DNA of 59,318 bases from Fidelibacterota bacterium (GTDB taxonomy: Bacteria > Fidelibacterota > Marinisomatia > Marinisomatales > Marinisomataceae), in assembly GCA_018672235.1 (NCBI GenBank), contig JABHGE010000034.1, positions 1 to 59,318 of the forward strand. Reading direction: 5' to 3'. Position numbers and translations under genes: made by a program. The notes below the pieces were generated by a model. That model did not search any database, had not been told where the DNA came from, and worked only from the letters and a program-made list of their open reading frames with translations. Positions 54,493 through 59,318 of this stretch are shown piece by piece (the stretch's first letter is position 1; each line of letters opens with the position of its first letter).

Positions 54493-55591
54493 AATATTAG
54501 AGCCATTTAAAGATTACTTTAGTTTTTTAAATCTATTTGAGTATATCACATTTAGAGCAGGTGCAAGTGCAATACTTTCTCTATTAATCAGTTTTATTTT
54601 TGGCCCAGTTGTTGTTAGAAAGTTAACAGAATTACAAATTGGAGAATCCATTGGAGACCATGGTCCAAAAAGTCATAACAAGAAACAGGGTACACCGACT
54701 ATGGGTGGAGTGCTCATTATTCTTGCAACAATTATACCTACTTTATTGTTTGCAGATATGAGTAATCTATTTATAAGGATTATTTGTTTTTCAATGGTGT
54801 GGATGGGTTGTATTGGTTTCTATGATGATTATTTAAAATCTATTAAGAAAAGAAAGGGTGGACTAAAAGGAAGATATAAATTAATTGCACAGTCAATGTT
54901 AGGTATAGTAATCTCTTTTCTTATTATCCAATCAAATATATATGGAGAATATACTCTATCCACTTTTGTACCATTCTTAAAAAACGCATCAATCAATTTT
55001 TATTATCCTTTAATTTATACATCCTTTGTAATTCTTGTTGTTTCAGCAACATCAAATGCTGTCAATCTTACTGATGGTCTTGATGGGCTAGCTGCAGGAT
55101 TGCTTGCAATTTCTATTATTGTATTTGGAGTTATTTCATATATATCTGGTAGAGTTGATTTCTCTGATTATCTAAATATTGCCTACATCCCACTTGCAAG
55201 TGAGTTAACAATATTTGCTGCTGCATTTTTTGGTGGATGCTTAGGGTTTTTATGGTTTAATGCAAAGCCAGCATTAATTTTTATGGGAGATGTAGGATCT
55301 CTTTCAAGTGGAGCAGCGCTAGGAACATTAGCAATTCTATTGAAAAAAGAAGTACTCCTAATCATTGTTGGTGGAGTGTTCGTTATTGAGACATTATCAG
55401 TAATTTTACAAGTACTGTATCATCGATGGACAAAGAAGAAGTATGGCACTCCAAGAAAGTTATTTTTAATGGCACCAATCCACCATCATTTTGAACTTAA
55501 AGGATGGCCTGAATCAAGAGTGGTAGTACGATTTTGGCTTATTGGAATCTTATTTGCACTACTATCTCTTACAACATTTAAAATTAGATAG
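54482..55591 (+). CDS. mraY: phospho-N-acetylmuramoyl-pentapeptide transferase
   Basis: KQGTPTMGG, NAVNLTDGLDGLA, GDVGSL and APIHHHFE motifs. Confidence 0.95.
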   Translation: MLNEILEPFKDYFSFLNLFEYITFRAGASAILSLLISFIFGPVVVRKLTELQIGESIGDHGPKSHNKKQGTPTMGGVLIILATIIPTLLFADMSNLFIRIICFSMVWMGCIGFYDDYLKSIKKRKGGLKGRYKLIAQSMLGIVISFLIIQSNIYGEYTLSTFVPFLKNASINFYYPLIYTSFVILVVSATSNAVNLTDGLDGLAAGLLAISIIVFGVISYISGRVDFSDYLNIAYIPLASELTIFAAAFFGGCLGFLWFNAKPALIFMGDVGSLSSGAALGTLAILLKKEVLLIIVGGVFVIETLSVILQVLYHRWTKKKYGTPRKLFLMAPIHHHFELKGWPESRVVVRFWLIGILFALLSLTTFKIR

Positions 55592-55593
55592 AA

Positions 55594-57387
55594 ATGAGAA
55601 GAAAAACTGTCACTGTAAATGTTGGTATTGTTAATATCGGAAGTAATCATTCTATCAAAACTCAATCTATGACAACAGCATCAACGCTTGATACTAACGC
55701 TAGCGTAGAAGAGGCTATTAGAATTATTGATGCGGGAGGGGAGCTTGTACGATTTACAGCTCCAAATACTAAAGAAGCTGAAAATTTAGAAAATATTAAA
55801 TCTGCCATAAGAAAAAAAGGATATGACACACCTTTTATTGCTGATATACATTTTGTTCCTAAAGCTGCACTGACTGCTGCAAAAATTGTTGAAAAAGTTC
55901 GAATCAATCCAGGAAATTATGTCGATACAAAAAGATTTAAGATTATTGAGTATGATGATGCAACTTATAATAAAGAAGTAAAAAGAATAGAAGAAAAATT
56001 TGTACCCCTTATTGATGTTTGTAAAGAAAATAATACAGCAATGAGAATCGGTACTAATCATGGCTCTCTTTCTGATAGAATTATGAATCGATTTGGAGAT
56101 ACTCCATTAGGTATGGTAGAATCCGCATTAGAATTCTTAAGAATTTGTAATAAGAATGACTTTGATCAAGTGGTGCTATCTATGAAGTCGAGTAATCCAC
56201 TTATAATGATTCATGCTTATCGATTATTAGTACATAAAATGGAATTAGAAGATATGAATTTCCCCCTTCATCTTGGTGTGACAGAGGCTGGAGACGGTAT
56301 TGATGGTAGAATTAAATCTGCATTAGGTATCGGTACATTGTTGTCTGAAGGTATAGGAGATACCATTAGGGTGTCGCTCACTGAAGATCCTGAATTTGAA
56401 ATTCCTGTTGCAGATAAGATCTTGAAAAAGATTGATAGCTTAGATTCCAAATATCCAATCGACTATGATGACCCTAGATCAGTTTCATATCTGAAAAGAT
56501 CTACCAATGGCTGCGCTAATATAGGAGCAAATAATGTTCCAGTAGTAATCTCAACTTCTGGTGAAGCCTTTGAAGACTGTTTACCTGATTATGTGTATAT
56601 AGAACAGATTGCTAATATCCAAAGTGGTCAAAAATATATTCTTCCATATGATTTATGGGTTGATACTAAGCAGAGCAACCTGTTTCCTTTTTTTGATTCA
56701 TTACAGTCTTATAGAAAAGCAAATACTCTATCAGATGAATTAAATTTTATACAATTAGATATGAGAAGGTTAACTAATACTATAGTCAGCTCAATGCCAT
56801 CAAATGTTATTTTTGTATTAAATATCGACGGATATAATAGTTACGACATCAAAAAGAGTTTTAATTTTTTTGAAAAACATAATATTCTAAATCCAGTCAT
56901 ACTTAAGGGTGCATATGATTCCAAAGATTTTGAAGAAATTGTAGTAGAAAGTTCTATTGATTTCGGATCACTATTACTTGAAGGTTATGGTAATGGTTTA
57001 TGGATAGAGTCTGAAAGCTATTCAGATAAGATTAATGAATTAAGTTTTTCAATACTTCAAAATACTAGGACAAGAATTTTTAAGACTGACTATATATCAT
57101 GCCCTTCATGTGGAAGAACGAAGTTTAATTTACAGGAAACTACAGCTCTCGTTAAAAAGCATACTAGCCATCTTAAGGGTCTCAAAATATCAGTAATGGG
57201 ATGTATTGTAAACGGACCTGGAGAAATGGCCGACGCAGACTATGGCTATGTAGGTTCAGGTATTGGGTTAATTTCTCTCTATAAAGGTCAGAATGTAGTT
57301 AAGAAAAATATTATCAGTGAAAATGCAGTAGATGAGTTAATCACTTTAATCAAAGATAATAACGATTGGATTGAACCAAAAATTTAA
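55594..57387 (+). CDS. ispG: 4-hydroxy-3-methylbut-2-enyl diphosphate synthase, long form with insert domain
   Basis: N-terminal TIM-barrel motifs (RINPGN, GTNHGSL, HLGVTEAG). A ~250-aa insert follows. C-terminal Fe-S ligands are CPSCGRT and GCIVNGPGE. Confidence 0.93.
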   Translation: MRRKTVTVNVGIVNIGSNHSIKTQSMTTASTLDTNASVEEAIRIIDAGGELVRFTAPNTKEAENLENIKSAIRKKGYDTPFIADIHFVPKAALTAAKIVEKVRINPGNYVDTKRFKIIEYDDATYNKEVKRIEEKFVPLIDVCKENNTAMRIGTNHGSLSDRIMNRFGDTPLGMVESALEFLRICNKNDFDQVVLSMKSSNPLIMIHAYRLLVHKMELEDMNFPLHLGVTEAGDGIDGRIKSALGIGTLLSEGIGDTIRVSLTEDPEFEIPVADKILKKIDSLDSKYPIDYDDPRSVSYLKRSTNGCANIGANNVPVVISTSGEAFEDCLPDYVYIEQIANIQSGQKYILPYDLWVDTKQSNLFPFFDSLQSYRKANTLSDELNFIQLDMRRLTNTIVSSMPSNVIFVLNIDGYNSYDIKKSFNFFEKHNILNPVILKGAYDSKDFEEIVVESSIDFGSLLLEGYGNGLWIESESYSDKINELSFSILQNTRTRIFKTDYISCPSCGRTKFNLQETTALVKKHTSHLKGLKISVMGCIVNGPGEMADADYGYVGSGIGLISLYKGQNVVKKNIISENAVDELITLIKDNNDWIEPKI

Positions 57388-57455
57388 ATTCGTGATTCCT
57401 TGACGAAGTTAAGTTTTATTAGTAATGTAGCCTCAGATACAAAAAACTATATAAA

Positions 57456-58499
57456 ATGGAAGATATATACAAAATGATTTTAACTATGAATTTGATGCCA
57501 CTCATCGTTGTGGTAATAGGAACATTCTTAGGTATTTTATTTAAAAAATACTTATTTAGTAAGCTAAAGAATTTGTCAGACAGTAGTTCATGGAAAGGTG
57601 ATGATGTAGTGATTAATGCAATTGATTCTGTGATTGTTTTTTGGTTTTTTCTTGGCTCTCTTTCAGTCGCTTTTAATGATATAAATTTTGGAGATCCATA
57701 TAATGGATATATGTCAAAAATAATAGTTTCTTTCTTAGTAATGTCAATGACTGTTACTGCCTCTAGGGTGTCATTAGGACTGCTTGATGTATGGTCTAAA
57801 AATAACACTTCTCTTCCATCTACGGGTATTTTTAAGGGCTTAATTAATGCTACTATTTTTTCACTAGGATTTTTATTTGTTTTACAATCATTTGGAATAT
57901 CAATTACTCCACTCATCACTGCTTTAGGCGTTGGTGGTTTAGCTGTTTCTCTGGCTTTAAAAGACACTCTTTCAGACTTATTTGGTGGAATTAATATCAT
58001 TTTAAGTAAGACAATGCAAGAAGGAGATTATGTAGAGCTCAGTAATGGATATCAAGGATATGTTAAGAATATTGGATGGAGATATACTACCATACAAGAA
58101 AGAGCAAATAATGTGATATCAATCCCAAATTCTGTTCTTTCTGGATCTGTATCAAAGAATTATACTTCTATGGATGCAGCTTTCAGAGTGCCAATACAGG
58201 TAGGAGTTTCTTATGATAGCGACTTAGATCATGTAGAAAAAGTATCTCTAGAAGTAGCAGGAAAGATTTATGAAGAACTAGACTGTGTCAGCAAAGATTA
58301 TAAGCCAACAATTCGATTTAGAGAGTTTGCGGCCTCAAGTATTAACTTCTTTATTTATTTTCAAGGAAAGAAATTTGGAGATCATAATGTTATTTTGAAT
58401 GCATTTATTAAAAAACTTCATAAGCGCTTTCAAGAAGAGAGTATCGAAATTCCATACCCTATTCGTACAGTAATACACAAAAATGAAGCTAAGAATTAA
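57456..58499 (+). CDS. mechanosensitive ion channel (MscS family)
   Basis: Several N-terminal TM helices followed by the conserved MscS pore/beta-domain region (GVGGLAVSLALKDTLSDLFGG...GDYVEL...G.V..I..R.T). Confidence 0.85.
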   Translation: MEDIYKMILTMNLMPLIVVVIGTFLGILFKKYLFSKLKNLSDSSSWKGDDVVINAIDSVIVFWFFLGSLSVAFNDINFGDPYNGYMSKIIVSFLVMSMTVTASRVSLGLLDVWSKNNTSLPSTGIFKGLINATIFSLGFLFVLQSFGISITPLITALGVGGLAVSLALKDTLSDLFGGINIILSKTMQEGDYVELSNGYQGYVKNIGWRYTTIQERANNVISIPNSVLSGSVSKNYTSMDAAFRVPIQVGVSYDSDLDHVEKVSLEVAGKIYEELDCVSKDYKPTIRFREFAASSINFFIYFQGKKFGDHNVILNAFIKKLHKRFQEESIEIPYPIRTVIHKNEAKN

Positions 58500-58920
58500 A
58501 CCCTTTAACGATAAAGCAAAAGCTTTATATGAAGATCATTCACATTTCCATTCAGGGGATGCTGGATTAGATTTATTTGTAGTAGATGATCAAGTGATTC
58601 CTGGTAACTCTACGCAACCTATTCATTTACAGGTTGCCTGCGAAAATTTGGATAATAAGGCATATTATTTATTTCCTAGATCCAGTATATCAAAGACTCC
58701 TATTCGATTAGCTAATTCTATTGGATTAATCGATGGAGGCTATAGGGGAGAGCTTGTAGGAATGGTTGATAATATATATAGCGAAGATTATCATGTGAAA
58801 AGCGGAGAAAGATATTTTCAGTTAGTAGCTGTTGATAGTTCACCAATTGAATTTGAACTAGTAGAAGAGTTATCAGATTCCAGTAGAGGTGAAGGTGGTT
58901 TTGGTAGTACTGGAAAATAA
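58483..58920 (+). CDS. dut: dUTP diphosphatase
   Basis: dUTPase motifs AGLDL, PRSS, GLIDGGYRGE and C-terminal RGEGGFGSTG. Confidence 0.9.
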   Translation: MKLRIKPFNDKAKALYEDHSHFHSGDAGLDLFVVDDQVIPGNSTQPIHLQVACENLDNKAYYLFPRSSISKTPIRLANSIGLIDGGYRGELVGMVDNIYSEDYHVKSGERYFQLVAVDSSPIEFELVEELSDSSRGEGGFGSTGK

Positions 58921-59031
58921 TTCCAGAGGATATCATTTTGATAAATAAAATTAGTTTGATATTCCTGAGGATTTATACTAAGATTCAACCGCAAAATTTT
59001 TAATAAAAATAAGTTAAATAACGGAGGAAAA

Positions 59032-59318
59032 ATGGCTCTAAAAATTAAACCACTTGAAGATAGAGTTATTGTAGAAGCAATGGCTGCTGATGAAAAAACA
59101 GCTAGCGGAATTATTCTACCAGATACAGCACAAGAAAAACCTCAACAAGGAACTGTTCTTGTTGTTGGTAAAGGTAAATCTTGTGATTGCAGTTGTTGTA
59201 AAGACTGTGATTGCTGTAAGGGCGACAAATGTTGTTCAGATTCTATGTCTGTGAAAGCAGGAGATAAAGTTTTATACGGAAAATATTCAGGCACTGAAAT
59301 CAATCATGAAGGGAAAGA
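59032..59318 (+). CDS. groES: co-chaperonin GroES with Cys-rich insertion (3' end outside window)
   Basis: Not in the ORF track because no stop lies in the window. GGAGG sits 5 nt upstream of the ATG. Hand translation: MALKIKPLEDRVIVEAMAADEKTASGIILPDTAQEKPQQGTVLVVGKGKSCDCSCCKDCDCCKGDKCCSDSMSVKAGDKVLYGKYSGTEINHEGK... The flanks are canonical Cpn10 (I.PL.DRV.V, mobile loop, G.V.AVG.G, VK.GD.VL..KY.GTE). Confidence 0.85.
   Translation, partial: MALKIKPLEDRVIVEAMAADEKTASGIILPDTAQEKPQQGTVLVVGKGKSCDCSCCKDCDCCKGDKCCSDSMSVKAGDKVLYGKYSGTEINHEGK

Noticed and set aside
57419-58000. 193-aa antisense ORF, surprisingly long for an AT-rich genome.
   Set aside because: It lies entirely opposite the MscS-family gene, whose conserved channel motifs identify the sense strand. 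The antisense product has no motifs and a composition typical of a shadow frame. I found no independent start or Shine-Dalgarno signal.
58923-58981. Imperfect inverted repeat AGGATATCA...TGATATTCCT between dut and groES. Considered as a heat-shock operator (CIRCE) or a terminator.
   Set aside because: It bears no resemblance to the CIRCE consensus (TTAGCACTC-N9-GAGTGCTAA). The stem has a bulge and a ~21-nt loop, and no T-tract follows. The evidence is too weak to call.

Overview
The window is strongly AT-rich and tightly packed, with many 1-20 nt gene overlaps (ATGA/TAATG type). It is almost entirely housekeeping and reads as a streamlined diderm bacterium. TonB-dependent receptor, LapA/LapB, SPOR proteins, ALDH4-type P5C dehydrogenase, ~750-aa aconitase and long-form IspG suggest an FCB-superphylum-like marine lineage; that placement is inference only.

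Gene content, left to right:
- Mannose/isoprenoid trio: PMM-like HAD, polyprenyl synthase, PGI/PMI.
- Minus-strand rpmF-fabD-fabG-acpP-fabF. rpmF is below the ORF-track cutoff and was found by hand.
- SPOR protein, ndk, sucDC, P5C dehydrogenase, dusB, rpmB, gatB, aconitase, maf, RodZ-like protein.
- A dcw cluster mraZ-rsmH-ftsL-ftsI-murD-ftsW-murG-murC-murB-ftsQ-ftsA-ftsZ that lacks murE-murF-mraY and ddl.
- Coiled-coil protein, M23 peptidase, miaB, lapA-like, lapB-like, SPOR protein.
- OPT transporter, divergent from a TPP riboswitch that leads a small Cys/His protein and a TonB-dependent receptor with an extreme His/Asp/Glu/Gly loop.
- polA, alr.
- An atu/liu-like block: AtuA-family protein, carboxyltransferase, enoyl-CoA hydratase, acyl-CoA dehydrogenase.
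- Initiator tRNA-Met, M19 dipeptidase, rlmB-like methyltransferase, arfB, a secreted hypothetical.
- The displaced murE-murF-mraY followed by ispG.
- MscS channel, dut, and a 3'-truncated groES.

I saw no transposases, integrases, CRISPR arrays, phage genes or recognisable defence systems.

The most unusual items:
1. A GroES whose roof hairpin is replaced by a metallothionein-like segment with 9 cysteines.
2. The TPP-riboswitch-controlled small-protein/TonB-receptor pair, which has metal-transporter-like features.
3. A clear LapB homologue with no canonical start codon.
4. The cleanly split dcw cluster.
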